Shown piece after piece: positions 1 through 7,698 of a stretch of DNA of 64,000 nt. Origin of the DNA: a virus. The translations under genes and the position numbers were made by a program. The stretch's first letter is position 1, and each line of letters starts with the position of its first letter. The stretch covers positions 6,081 through 70,080 of IMG/VR virus record IMGVR_UViG_3300010885_010784; one strand, written 5' to 3'. Below the pieces are notes generated by a model. That model saw nothing but the letters and a program-made list of their open reading frames with translations. It had not been told where the DNA came from and searched no databases.

Positions 1-140
1 TAAACTACCAGAGCGAATACTTCACTAGCATTTGGAGTGGAGTAACTGTTACATTCCCACTTAGAGAGTTGCCAACAAACGAAGAGTATGTTGAAGCGTT
101 CAGGGTTGCTCTTGAAGAGAAACGGAAGGCTAGGGCTTAG
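1..140 (+). CDS. hypothetical protein, 5'-truncated by window edge
   Basis: Open frame from nt 3 (NYQSEYFTSIW...KRKARA) to TAG 138-140, followed by a terminator. Confidence 0.6.
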   Translation, partial: NYQSEYFTSIWSGVTVTFPLRELPTNEEYVEAFRVALEEKRKARA

Positions 141-153
141 GCTCTAGTTTTTT
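130..153 (+). terminator. intrinsic terminator
   Basis: CTAGGGC-TTAG-GCTCTAG hairpin followed by T6. Confidence 0.7.
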
Positions 154-176
154 GCGCAAAAATCCAGGCTAAGATA

Positions 177-202
177 AATGTCAGTGGTCCCCTGTATAAT
201 AG
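177..202 (+). promoter_or_regulatory. ATGTC-box/TATAAT phage promoter
   Basis: AATGTCAGTGGTCCCCTGTATAATAG; ATG lies 6 nt after TATAAT. Confidence 0.8.
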
Positions 203-206
203 AACT

Positions 207-332
207 ATGAAAGATGAACAAGCAGAAGAAATCCTAGAAGCATTACAAGACTACTACGCAAATCCCCAAGACTACAGCATTACGGACTTGGAAGAAATTT
301 TCCAAGATAGAGACCCATTCGAGTTTCTATAA
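207..332 (+). CDS. small acidic leaderless protein (41 aa)
   Basis: MKDEQAEEILEALQDYYANPQDYSITDLEEIFQDRDPFEFL; not in ORF track; starts at predicted +1. Confidence 0.7.
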   Translation: MKDEQAEEILEALQDYYANPQDYSITDLEEIFQDRDPFEFL

Positions 333-356
333 TGTCGGTGGTATCCCTTATAATAG
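331..356 (+). promoter_or_regulatory. ATGTC-box/TATAAT phage promoter
   Basis: AATGTCGGTGGTATCCCTTATAATAG. Confidence 0.8.
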
Positions 357-381
357 AACTACACAAACAAGAAAGAAGAAA

Positions 382-864
382 ATGGAAAACGAAAACCAGA
401 CCCCAGAAATCCTAGAAATCACAGGCGACCTAGTAGCAGTATCAAGCGAACACCCTGTATTGCTACACTACAAAAAGCAGATTGAAGACTTACAGGCACA
501 GGTAGAGCGAACCAATACTCTCGTTGCCGATAAAGACGCTACTATCTACCGCTTGCGTGATAAGTATCGCACAGCAGAATACAAGTTAGAAGAAGTCCTA
601 AAAGGCTTGCTTGATGATGAAGAGATTGAGTTAGAACACGCTAAGACCATTGCGGAAATCTTTGACGGCATTACACTAACTAAGCAGATTACCATTCAAT
701 ACGACATTACTGCTACCGCCACTTTGGAAGTGCCTTATGGTGCTGACGCTGATGATGTTGCGAGTTCTTGTTATGTTGAGCGTGTTGAGTTCTACACCGA
801 CTTTGAAGATGCCGAAGTCTTGGAGAGCGAACACGACACTAATGATTGGCGTGATGTGTCTTAG
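382..864 (+). CDS. acidic early hypothetical protein with N-terminal coiled coil
   Basis: 160-aa ORF with purine-rich RBS, downstream of promoter. Confidence 0.8.
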   Translation: MENENQTPEILEITGDLVAVSSEHPVLLHYKKQIEDLQAQVERTNTLVADKDATIYRLRDKYRTAEYKLEEVLKGLLDDEEIELEHAKTIAEIFDGITLTKQITIQYDITATATLEVPYGADADDVASSCYVERVEFYTDFEDAEVLESEHDTNDWRDVS

Positions 865-887
865 AGTTCCCTTTCTTTCTCTAAGAC

Positions 888-914
888 TAACCTGAGCAAG
901 TTATAAAACTGCTC
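888..914 (+). ncRNA. conserved H-type pseudoknot element, copy 1
   Basis: TAAC-CTGAGCAA-GTTA-TAAAAC-TGCTC; P1 TAAC/GTTA, loop GAGCA pairs with TGCTC. Confidence 0.7.
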
Positions 915-923
915 ACCTTTACA

Positions 924-1040
924 AGCCAGTAGCGATTGTCTGCAGATGTGTCGGCTCTGGTTCTCTGTGTGGAGATTCACACGGCGTTGGTAGTGAGGGC
1001 GATAGTTGCGAGACTACGCTGAAACACGAAAAACTACCGC
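924..1040 (+). ncRNA. candidate multi-hairpin structured RNA
   Basis: Stems AGCCAG/CTGGTT, CTGTGTGG/TCACACGG and GGTAGT/ACTACC enclosing a GCGA-tetraloop hairpin; no credible ORF. Confidence 0.4.
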
Positions 1041-1095
1041 TTCAAATTTCTGCGCCCCGAAATGTTACAGTTGTGTTACGAAATGGCATTTGCTA

Positions 1096-1126
1096 TTTAC
1101 AATGTCCGTGGCTACCTGTATAATAG
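1096..1126 (+). promoter_or_regulatory. promoter TTTACA-N17-TATAAT with ATGTC box in spacer
   Basis: TTTACAATGTCCGTGGCTACCTGTATAATAG. Confidence 0.8.
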
Positions 1127-1202
1127 ATACATACAGCAAGACAGCAATAAGAAGCAAGACAAAAATCATTTACGAAGTGGAAAAAAATTTCCCAGAAAAT
1201 GC

Positions 1203-1231
1203 TTGACTTATGAGTTGTCTTCCTGTATAAT
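1203..1231 (+). promoter_or_regulatory. canonical housekeeping-sigma promoter
   Basis: TTGACT-N17-TATAAT. Confidence 0.8.
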
Positions 1232-1294
1232 AGAAGTATCAACAAAAGTTGGTATAAAACAGCAACACAACCCTTCGGGAGAAAAGAGATACAA

Positions 1295-1456
1295 ATGCCA
1301 GAAATCAAGGTAGGCGACCGCTACGAGACCAAGACTAACAAGTTTGTTGGTGTCGTTCAGGAAATCGCACAGAACAAGAACGGCTCATTCCGTGTTCGTT
1401 TGGACATTGACGGAAAAGCACACTGGACTTCGGCTCAGGGAACTGTCCTAGCCTAA
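1295..1456 (+). CDS. small beta-rich (SH3/KOW-like) protein, 53 aa
   Basis: MPEIKVGDRYETKTNKFVGVVQEIAQNKNGSFRVRLDIDGKAHWTSAQGTVLA; RBS GAAAAGAG; not in ORF track. Confidence 0.75.
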   Translation: MPEIKVGDRYETKTNKFVGVVQEIAQNKNGSFRVRLDIDGKAHWTSAQGTVLA

Positions 1457-1467
1457 ATCTTATAAGG

Positions 1468-1500
1468 CAGACCTGAGTATGTCTGGCAAAATAACTGCTC
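1468..1500 (+). ncRNA. conserved pseudoknot element, copy 2
   Basis: CAGAC-CTGAGTAT-GTCTG-GCAAAATAAC-TGCTC. Confidence 0.7.
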
Positions 1501-1513
1501 ACCCCAAAAACTA

Positions 1514-1539
1514 AATGTCGGTGGTCTCCGCTATAATAG
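1514..1539 (+). promoter_or_regulatory. ATGTC-box/TATAAT phage promoter
   Basis: AATGTCGGTGGTCTCCGCTATAATAG. Confidence 0.8.
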
Positions 1540-1584
1540 ACCTTGTAAGAAACAAAACCCTACTAACAAAGAAAAGAGATAACT

Positions 1585-2037
1585 ATGGCAAGAGCCATTT
1601 CAGTAAAAATCCCAACAGGCAAAGTCATTGAGATGATTGAGCAGAAGATTACTCAAATCAACGAAGACATTGCTACCTACCCTGCTCGCAAGGCACAATA
1701 CAAGGCAGACCTAGAAGCCTACACCCAATCGGTTGTTCGTCTTCTAACTGACCTGCTAAACACTCGGGGAACTGAGTTGCTTTCTAACGAAGACAGCAAC
1801 GAGAACATTCGTGTTAGCACCAACTACAACAACTCTGTGGAAATCACAATCGGTAGAGAACTAACTGCCGAGTTGGTAAAGCCAAAAGAGCCAGAGAACC
1901 CAGAGCCAAACGGCTACTATGGTCGTGTCTATGGTTCTAAAAAGGCAGAGTTGGAAAAGACACTCAAACTACTTCGTATGAGTGAGCAGGAAACAATCAC
2001 TTCGTCTGCTTACAACAGCGTTTTGGAACTGCTGTAA
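1585..2037 (+). CDS. early hypothetical protein
   Basis: 150-aa ORF, RBS GAAAAGAG, between promoter and pseudoknot/terminator. Confidence 0.85.
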   Translation: MARAISVKIPTGKVIEMIEQKITQINEDIATYPARKAQYKADLEAYTQSVVRLLTDLLNTRGTELLSNEDSNENIRVSTNYNNSVEITIGRELTAELVKPKEPENPEPNGYYGRVYGSKKAELEKTLKLLRMSEQETITSSAYNSVLELL

Positions 2038-2057
2038 AACCATAGGCTTACGCCTAA

Positions 2058-2084
2058 ACACCTGAGCAAGTGTCTAAACTGCTT
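2058..2084 (+). ncRNA. conserved pseudoknot element, copy 3
   Basis: ACAC-CTGAGCAA-GTGT-CTAAAC-TGCTT. Confidence 0.7.
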
Positions 2085-2128
2085 CCTGAATTGGGGTAGC
2101 GACTAGACAGGTAAAATAATTTCGCTAA

Positions 2129-2158
2129 TCTTCCTGTCTTCGGGCAGGGAGATTTTTT
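2129..2158 (+). terminator. intrinsic terminator (UUCG loop)
   Basis: TTCCTGTC-TTCG-GGCAGGGA followed by T6. Confidence 0.8.
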
Positions 2159-2226
2159 GCGCAAAAATCCTGCGCCCCGATTTATAACAGTTTAGTTACG
2201 AACCCTATTTATTTTTGCCTAGACTA

Positions 2227-2257
2227 TTTACAATGTCGGTGGGTAGGTGTATAATAG
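2227..2257 (+). promoter_or_regulatory. promoter TTTACA-N17-TATAAT with ATGTC box
   Basis: TTTACAATGTCGGTGGGTAGGTGTATAATAG. Confidence 0.8.
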
Positions 2258-2295
2258 GACTATCAACAAAAAACTACTAATGAAAGGTGTGTCTT

Positions 2296-3315
2296 ATGGC
2301 TCACGAACTAGAAATAAATAACGAAACAGGCGAAGCGTCTTTTGCTTCTCTACGCCAACCTGCTTGGCACAAACTCGGCACTGTGTTTGAAGAAGAAGTA
2401 AATACCGCAGAAATGCTAAAACTGGCAAAACTAGACGGCTGGAATGTTCGTCTTGAAGATGTCGCAATCCCTACTGGTTTTGAGAGCGACAAGTCTTACT
2501 CGTTCGTATCTCGCACCAATCCATTCAACGCAGACCAGACAGACATTCTTGGTGTCGTTGGTGAGCGTTATGTTCCATTACAGAATGAAGACTTGTTCTC
2601 GTTTGGTGATAACCTGCTAGACGGCGGTGGTCGCTGGGAGACTGCTGGCTCTATCAAGGGTGGTCGTCAAGTGTTCGGCTCTATCGCATTGCGAGACGGC
2701 ATTACACTAGACCCTAATGGTCGTGCCGATAAGATTGATAACTATCTTCTAATCAACACTTCTCACGACGGCTCTATCGCTATTCAGGCAAGTATCACGC
2801 CTGTTCGTGTTGTGTGTGCTAACACTCTCAACCTTGCTCTATCTTCATTCAAGGGTAAGTCTGCTTCTAAGCAGTCATTCAAAATCCGCCACACTTCAAC
2901 TGCCGAAGGTAAAATCGCAGTTGCTCGTGAAGCGTTAGGTTTGGCTTCTAAGTATCTTGATGAGTTTTCTGTTATGGCTAACGCTATGATTGAAAAGGAA
3001 ATCACTAAGGCTGACTTTGATAAGATTGTCGCTCTTGCTTACCCTGCCCCTGAAAAAGACAGCAAGGGTTCATTCAAGAAACACGACAGCAAAGTTGATT
3101 TGCTAAACGCCATTTATGTCGGTCAATACAACGACACCATTTCGGGAACTGCTTGGGGAGCATACAACGCTCTAACCGAACGCCTAGACTGGTATCGCTC
3201 GGCTCGTGGTGGTTCAAACGAGAGCATTTACGCAAGTGCTTCTGGCTTTGACCCTGTGATGAACGCAGAGAAGAACCGCCTAATGAAGATTGTTCAATCA
3301 GTCGTAATGGCTTAG
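2296..3315 (+). CDS. DUF932 / phage-plasmid-like protein (TIGR03299 type)
   Basis: MAHEL..PAWHKLG, WETAGSIKGGRQVF, NTSHDGS, PVRVVCANTL and GTAWGAYNALTE motifs; RBS GAAAGG favours ATG 2296. Confidence 0.9.
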   Translation: MAHELEINNETGEASFASLRQPAWHKLGTVFEEEVNTAEMLKLAKLDGWNVRLEDVAIPTGFESDKSYSFVSRTNPFNADQTDILGVVGERYVPLQNEDLFSFGDNLLDGGGRWETAGSIKGGRQVFGSIALRDGITLDPNGRADKIDNYLLINTSHDGSIAIQASITPVRVVCANTLNLALSSFKGKSASKQSFKIRHTSTAEGKIAVAREALGLASKYLDEFSVMANAMIEKEITKADFDKIVALAYPAPEKDSKGSFKKHDSKVDLLNAIYVGQYNDTISGTAWGAYNALTERLDWYRSARGGSNESIYASASGFDPVMNAEKNRLMKIVQSVVMA

Positions 3316-3327
3316 TCCATTCCAAAT

Positions 3328-3354
3328 AATCCTGAGTAAGATTTCAAACTGCTC
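3328..3354 (+). ncRNA. conserved pseudoknot element, copy 4
   Basis: AATC-CTGAGTAA-GATT-TCAAAC-TGCTC, ending 4 nt before tRNA-Glu. Confidence 0.7.
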
Positions 3355-3358
3355 ACTT

Positions 3359-3433
3359 GCTCCCATAGTTTAGTGGTTAGAACGCCAGGTTTTCATCCTG
3401 GTGGCGAGAGTTCGATTCTCTCTGGGAGTGCCA
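3359..3433 (+). tRNA. tRNA-Glu(UUC)
   Basis: Acceptor GCTCCCA/TGGGAGT, anticodon arm CCAGG-TTTTCAT-CCTGG, TTCGA T-loop, encoded CCA. Confidence 0.93.
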
Positions 3434-3525
3434 AATTTTTGCGCAAATTTTCGCCATCATTAATAGCCATGCTAACTATAATAATCTAATTACGAACACC
3501 AAAATCTTTTCCCCGAAATTGCCTA

Positions 3526-3556
3526 TTTACAATGTCGTAGGTATCCTGTATAATAG
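3526..3556 (+). promoter_or_regulatory. promoter TTTACA-N17-TATAAT with ATGTC box
   Basis: TTTACAATGTCGTAGGTATCCTGTATAATAG. Confidence 0.8.
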
Positions 3557-3584
3557 ATACTATAACCCAAGAGAAAGAGATACA

Positions 3585-4016
3585 ATGACAGACTATCCTG
3601 ACCGCTATTCACTACGCACCAAAGGCACTATCGTTCACTTGATAGATGTTGAGAAGGCTACTGCTCTAATCAAACAGCGTTTCAACAATCAAGACGCAGA
3701 CATTACCGCCGAAAGAATGGCAATCGTAAATGGCAAGAATGGTCTTGCTACTGTTCTTGACGAAGGCGTTGGCTGGTTCGCAGACAAGGACGGCAAGTTG
3801 CCTATTAACTATTGGGGCAAGAATGGAAACAACGGCTACCTAGACATCACCGTTGAAGAGTTGTATCCACTAATCAGTGATGAAACTATTGACCTTGCTG
3901 ACCATGTTCGTATCTTTGGCGACCGCCTAGAAACAAACCTATCCACTTGGCAATACTACGCCAAAGGCTATCCACAGGACAAGATGTCGGTGGTTCCTGC
4001 TACAATGGTATCCTAA
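3585..4016 (+). CDS. early hypothetical protein
   Basis: Start moved to ATG 3585 (MTDYPDRY) after RBS GAAAGAG; the track start runs through the promoter. Confidence 0.8.
   Translation: MTDYPDRYSLRTKGTIVHLIDVEKATALIKQRFNNQDADITAERMAIVNGKNGLATVLDEGVGWFADKDGKLPINYWGKNGNNGYLDITVEELYPLISDETIDLADHVRIFGDRLETNLSTWQYYAKGYPQDKMSVVPATMVS
3983..4008 (+). promoter_or_regulatory. ATGTC-box promoter variant inside upstream CDS
   Basis: GATGTCGGTGGTTCCTGCTACAATGG. Confidence 0.65.
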
Positions 4017-4034
4017 CAGAAAGAGACAAACCCT

Positions 4035-4262
4035 ATGAAAAAATACTATGTAAAAGTCCAAGTCAATTATGACGGAGACATTGAAGCAAACTCACCAGAA
4101 GAAGCCGAAGAACTTGCTTGGCATTCTTATTATGGCGACAACGCTACTCTAATCTACGACAGCGTTGAGAGCATTGATGTAGAAGAGTATGACCACTGCG
4201 AAGAGTGCGACAATCCAGAAGACGAATGCGAATGCGAAGAAGAAGAGAGTGAAGACGAATGA
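4035..4262 (+). CDS. small very acidic protein (IEAxSxEEAEExA motif, Cys/Glu tail)
   Basis: 75 aa; shares motif with 5493..5699. Confidence 0.8.
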   Translation: MKKYYVKVQVNYDGDIEANSPEEAEELAWHSYYGDNATLIYDSVESIDVEEYDHCEECDNPEDECECEEEESEDE

Positions 4263-4414
4263 CCCAACTTGAAAGCCTAAAAGCAGAACGCAAAGCCATT
4301 GAAAACGATTTCAAGAAGTTTGATGGCAGACTAAATGATTGGACGCACGACCTTTTGTTGAGCCGTATGGAAATGCTAGATAGTATGATTAGCATTGAAG
4401 AATACAATGCCTAA
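4259..4414 (+). CDS. small hypothetical protein (51 aa)
   Basis: MTQLESLKAERKAIEND...; ATGA overlap with upstream stop. Confidence 0.65.
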   Translation: MTQLESLKAERKAIENDFKKFDGRLNDWTHDLLLSRMEMLDSMISIEEYNA

Positions 4415-4501
4415 AAAGGAGAAATGTGAACACACTTTCATTTGTGATTATTGCATCAATTGTGGTGCTTATTATATTTCTTATGCAGTAAAGGAGCAGC
4501 A

Positions 4502-4741
4502 ATGACTAGAACATTTAGAGCACAGATTACATGGGACTTTGAGTTTGAGGAAGATGGCTACACCGAGAGTGAGCGTGAGTATCTTGAAGAACAACTTGAC
4601 GAAGGAGAGACCCTTGAACCACGCACGGAAGAGCAAATGATAAACTATGCTCATAGTGAACTACTGGATGCATTGTATAACAGTATAAAGTACAATGACC
4701 TTTATCAAATGATAGATGTAGTGGAAGTAAATGAAAAGTAA
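4502..4741 (+). CDS. small acidic hypothetical protein
   Basis: MTRTFRAQITWDFEFEEDG...; RBS AAGGAG. Confidence 0.75.
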   Translation: MTRTFRAQITWDFEFEEDGYTESEREYLEEQLDEGETLEPRTEEQMINYAHSELLDALYNSIKYNDLYQMIDVVEVNEK

Positions 4742-4868
4742 TAAAGAAACTATCTTGGAACTCATTGATTCATTCATGGAGATTCCAGATGTGGACAGCC
4801 TTCCTACAACGACTATTCTAAATTTGTTGAGGCTAAGAATTGTTGACCCTTACTTCTTTCAGGAGTAG
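4731..4868 (+). CDS. small hypothetical protein (45 aa)
   Basis: MKSNKETILELIDSFMEIPD...; coupled to upstream ORF. Confidence 0.55.
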   Translation: MKSNKETILELIDSFMEIPDVDSLPTTTILNLLRLRIVDPYFFQE

Positions 4869-4966
4869 GGCTTCAATTTCTGCGCCGCAAAACATTATGT
4901 CAAGTAACCATGCTAAACATCAGAACCCGATTACGAAGAGGTAAAAATTTCCCCAGGTTTTGGGTA

Positions 4967-4997
4967 TTTACAATGTCAGTGGTATCGGTTATAATAG
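4967..4997 (+). promoter_or_regulatory. promoter TTTACA-N17-TATAAT with ATGTC box
   Basis: TTTACAATGTCAGTGGTATCGGTTATAATAG; ATG 6 nt after -10. Confidence 0.8.
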
Positions 4998-5001
4998 GTA
5001 C

Positions 5002-5232
5002 ATGACAATAAAATATGTAGAAAAATCAACAAGAGTATCTGATGTATCGTACTGGGATGAATTGTATCATTCTGATGTGGCTACCGTTTACGAAGCCTCT
5101 AACTACCGTGACTACTACCGAGTAAAGACTAGTAAGACTACTAAGTATTTCAAAGGTGAGAGTGCTTGGTCTGCCGTGCAACGCTATGTTGTAGACGCAG
5201 GTGACTTTGGTGGCTGGGGTATCTTCCGATGA
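5002..5232 (+). CDS. leaderless hypothetical protein
   Basis: MTIKYVEK...KTTKYFKGESAWSAVQRY. Confidence 0.75.
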   Translation: MTIKYVEKSTRVSDVSYWDELYHSDVATVYEASNYRDYYRVKTSKTTKYFKGESAWSAVQRYVVDAGDFGGWGIFR

Positions 5233-5447
5233 ACATCAATCCTAAAGCAATTAGTGATACAACTATCCCTATCCACGACTTAGTACATGGTGAGTTGAAG
5301 AGCCTTATACTTGCAGCAGAAGAGCAAGTGGAAGCGTCGGATGAAGACCTTGCTAACTATTGGAATGGAAGGTTAGACGCATATGCTGAATTATATAAAC
5401 TAATATATGATTTGATATTTATGCGAGAAGACCTTGACAAACAGTAA
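5229..5447 (+). CDS. hypothetical protein
   Basis: 72 aa; ATGA overlap. Confidence 0.7.
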   Translation: MNINPKAISDTTIPIHDLVHGELKSLILAAEEQVEASDEDLANYWNGRLDAYAELYKLIYDLIFMREDLDKQ

Positions 5448-5462
5448 CCCATACTGTATAAT
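5434..5462 (+). promoter_or_regulatory. consensus housekeeping-sigma promoter
   Basis: TTGACA-N17-TATAAT. Confidence 0.85.
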
Positions 5463-5492
5463 TGATATATAACCCTTAGAGAAAGAGAATCA

Positions 5493-5699
5493 ATGGCAAC
5501 ATTTGATGTAACCCTATCCTTTCACTTTGATACCGAGTATCAGGTAGAAGCAGATAGTTATGAAGAAGCAGAAGAAAAAGCAATGGCAATGGGTCAAGAG
5601 TGGAAACCTTATTCATCTGAATTAGGATATACTCACGACTGGTATTCAGTAGACATTGAAAACTGTTTTACTAACGATGAGTTGGATGAAGATGAGTGA
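5493..5699 (+). CDS. small very acidic protein (VEAxSxEEAEExA motif)
   Basis: 68 aa; paralogous motif to 4035..4262. Confidence 0.8.
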   Translation: MATFDVTLSFHFDTEYQVEADSYEEAEEKAMAMGQEWKPYSSELGYTHDWYSVDIENCFTNDELDEDE

Positions 5700-5865
5700 G
5701 TGCGACTGCGAGAAGGTTGTTTGTCCTAAACATCATGGAGCATTTGATTGCACACCCTTCTGTGACATTTGTGAAGGTAACACAGAATACTGCACTACCC
5801 ACGATGAATGGGAAGCAGAACAAGCAAAGACTTATCTAGCACAGTATGGAGAAACATATGAGTGA
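5692..5865 (+). CDS. small Cys/His-rich (zinc-binding) protein
   Basis: MSECDCEKVVCPKHHGAFDCTPFCDICEG. Confidence 0.7.
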   Translation: MSECDCEKVVCPKHHGAFDCTPFCDICEGNTEYCTTHDEWEAEQAKTYLAQYGETYE

Positions 5866-6097
5866 TTTCGTTACTGAAAAAGAATTCGATGATGCCATAG
5901 ACCTTCTATATTCATTCGTTGATAAGTTTGTTAATGATGATTCAGAAGACTTCTCTATGCAACTAACAGAACTAACTAATCTAGCATACATGCAGGGATG
6001 GCATAAAGCCATTGACATGGTATTAGATGTCAGTGGTAACATGTATAATGGATTCGATAGCCCAACCCTACAAGAACTGGAGCAACGCATTGTCTAG
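5858..6097 (+). CDS. hypothetical protein
   Basis: MSDFVTEKEF...; RBS GGAG. Confidence 0.7.
   Translation: MSDFVTEKEFDDAIDLLYSFVDKFVNDDSEDFSMQLTELTNLAYMQGWHKAIDMVLDVSGNMYNGFDSPTLQELEQRIV
6026..6051 (+). promoter_or_regulatory. ATGTC-box promoter inside CDS
   Basis: GATGTCAGTGGTAACATGTATAATGG. Confidence 0.7.
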
Positions 6098-6098
6098 T

Positions 6099-6443
6099 AT
6101 GACTAACGAACAGTGGGAGAAAACCTATCTCCCTATTACAAATCCTATTACAGATGAAGGCATTTCATTTGAGACCTACGGTGAAGAAGTTGAGTACGTC
6201 GCTTCACATGACGAGCATAACGTATGGACAGAACTAGACGGAGACAATGGTGTATACATTGTCAATGGGTTCCACTATGTGAATCGTATCCAGTACTACG
6301 TTACAGAAGTACCGTGGACCGAAGACGTTGAGATTGTAGTCTGTGAGTACATCGACTGCGATTGCTACGACGGTGAAGTGGACCCTAAGAACAACTGCGA
6401 CGAATGCGGTGGCACTGGAACTAAGACTGTGTGGGGTGACTAA
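6099..6443 (+). CDS. hypothetical protein with C-terminal CxxCxGxG zinc motif
   Basis: MTNEQWEKTYLPI...FETYGEE...VNRIQYYVTEVPW...CDECGGTG. Confidence 0.8.
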   Translation: MTNEQWEKTYLPITNPITDEGISFETYGEEVEYVASHDEHNVWTELDGDNGVYIVNGFHYVNRIQYYVTEVPWTEDVEIVVCEYIDCDCYDGEVDPKNNCDECGGTGTKTVWGD

Positions 6444-6823
6444 TGGTAAGAGAATGGAATGAGAACATGCAAAAAGACTGGGACCTTAACATCTTCTTTA
6501 GAGAAGAGTGGGATGAAGAGAACGGCACTACATGGGATAACGTTATAACTATCAATCCTATTGTATATACATGGGACGGCGACCGCTCTGACAACTGGTA
6601 CACTGACATCTTGTACACTACCACGTTTGCAGAGGCACGGTATCTGAGGAGCCAGTATCCAGAGAACGAGTACGGTATGGACTGGACAGATAGCCTACAG
6701 GGCTTCCTAGAGATTGCTCCGCCTAGGTTGAAGTCATTGCTTGGGACCCTGCCTGGTGCGGATGAGACTGATGAGATTAATAGACTTGGTGGGTTGAGAG
6801 CACTCCCTACCAATGACGGATAG
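6443..6823 (+). CDS. hypothetical protein
   Basis: 126 aa; TAATG coupling. Confidence 0.75.
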   Translation: MVREWNENMQKDWDLNIFFREEWDEENGTTWDNVITINPIVYTWDGDRSDNWYTDILYTTTFAEARYLRSQYPENEYGMDWTDSLQGFLEIAPPRLKSLLGTLPGADETDEINRLGGLRALPTNDG

Positions 6824-6873
6824 GTTAGGGGTTTCCGAGTCCGTCACCGTGGGGAAGGTAGGTAGATTGCTAC

Positions 6874-6902
6874 TTGCTTTCCCCACAACATTTTGGTATA
6901 AT
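6874..6902 (+). promoter_or_regulatory. housekeeping-sigma promoter
   Basis: TTGCTT-N17-TATAAT with TG extension. Confidence 0.7.
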
Positions 6903-6925
6903 AGAACATAAGAGAATAGAGAAAA

Positions 6926-7126
6926 GTGAAGAAGAGTAATGAAGAAAAATTTGCCACAGTTGTAAGTAATCTAATTAGTGATTTGAGATTTGACTTAGAC
7001 TTAGCAGGAAAGTATTTGGCTTGGTATTTACCGAATGTCGCATTCAGGCGATTTATGGAGATAGCAGAAACAGCCAAAGAAGAACGAGAAGGAAAGAAAC
7101 ATGAGCGAGACAACATTAGAGAGTAA
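6926..7126 (+). CDS. hypothetical protein
   Basis: GTG start, 66 aa. Confidence 0.7.
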   Translation: MKKSNEEKFATVVSNLISDLRFDLDLAGKYLAWYLPNVAFRRFMEIAETAKEEREGKKHERDNIRE

Positions 7127-7367
7127 GGCAGACATTCTGTCAGAACTATGGTTAGGCTATAAGAACGACGACAACTTTGAAGATTTCTTTGCCTACAATG
7201 ACCTAGGGCTACCACTAGCCTATGCTGTAGCAAATGGCATAGTGAAGGGAACAGAGGTGTCTACTAAGTTTATCAATGAAACCTTTATGTTGCTCCTAGC
7301 CAGCCTAGAAGTAGAAGACGAAGGGTTCAGCACACTTGACGACATATTCATTTCAGCACCACGTTAA
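7101..7367 (+). CDS. hypothetical protein
   Basis: 88 aa; FFAYNDLGLPLAY motif. Confidence 0.8.
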   Translation: MSETTLESKADILSELWLGYKNDDNFEDFFAYNDLGLPLAYAVANGIVKGTEVSTKFINETFMLLLASLEVEDEGFSTLDDIFISAPR

Positions 7368-7392
7368 ATGTCGGTGGTAGGGAGTATAATAG
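7367..7392 (+). promoter_or_regulatory. ATGTC-box/TATAAT phage promoter
   Basis: AATGTCGGTGGTAGGGAGTATAATAG; ATG 6 nt after -10. Confidence 0.8.
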
Positions 7393-7396
7393 AACT

Positions 7397-7558
7397 ATGG
7401 ACAAAATAACATACGAAGTATCACGCTCACTAATCGAACACAACTACGACATTGTTCTCACAGACGAGCAATGGCAGGAAGTCAGCGACACCCTGTATAA
7501 CGCATTAGATAGTTATACTTGGCTTGACTTGCCTAGCATAATCAAAGACCTTGATTAG
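7397..7558 (+). CDS. small acidic leaderless protein (53 aa)
   Basis: MDKITYEVSRSLIEHNYDIVLTDEQWQEVSD...; not in ORF track. Confidence 0.7.
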   Translation: MDKITYEVSRSLIEHNYDIVLTDEQWQEVSDTLYNALDSYTWLDLPSIIKDLD

Positions 7559-7566
7559 ATAAAGAG

Positions 7567-7602
7567 ATATGCCTCTGCCTGGTGCAGGGGTGTATTTTTT
7601 TT
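7567..7602 (+). terminator. intrinsic terminator ending the early region
   Basis: ATATGCCTCTGC-CTGGT-GCAGGGGTGTAT followed by T-tract. Confidence 0.8.
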
Positions 7603-7698
7603 GCGCAGAAAATTTATAACAATCCCATAACGCCTATTGACAAATTTGAAAAAATGTGATAGACAAATCCCAAATAGGATATTTAACTATGTAACTAT

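Noticed and set aside
989-1038. Hammerhead ribozyme (CTGA...GAAA)
   Set aside because: It lacks the CUGANGA core and stem II between CTGA and GAAA.
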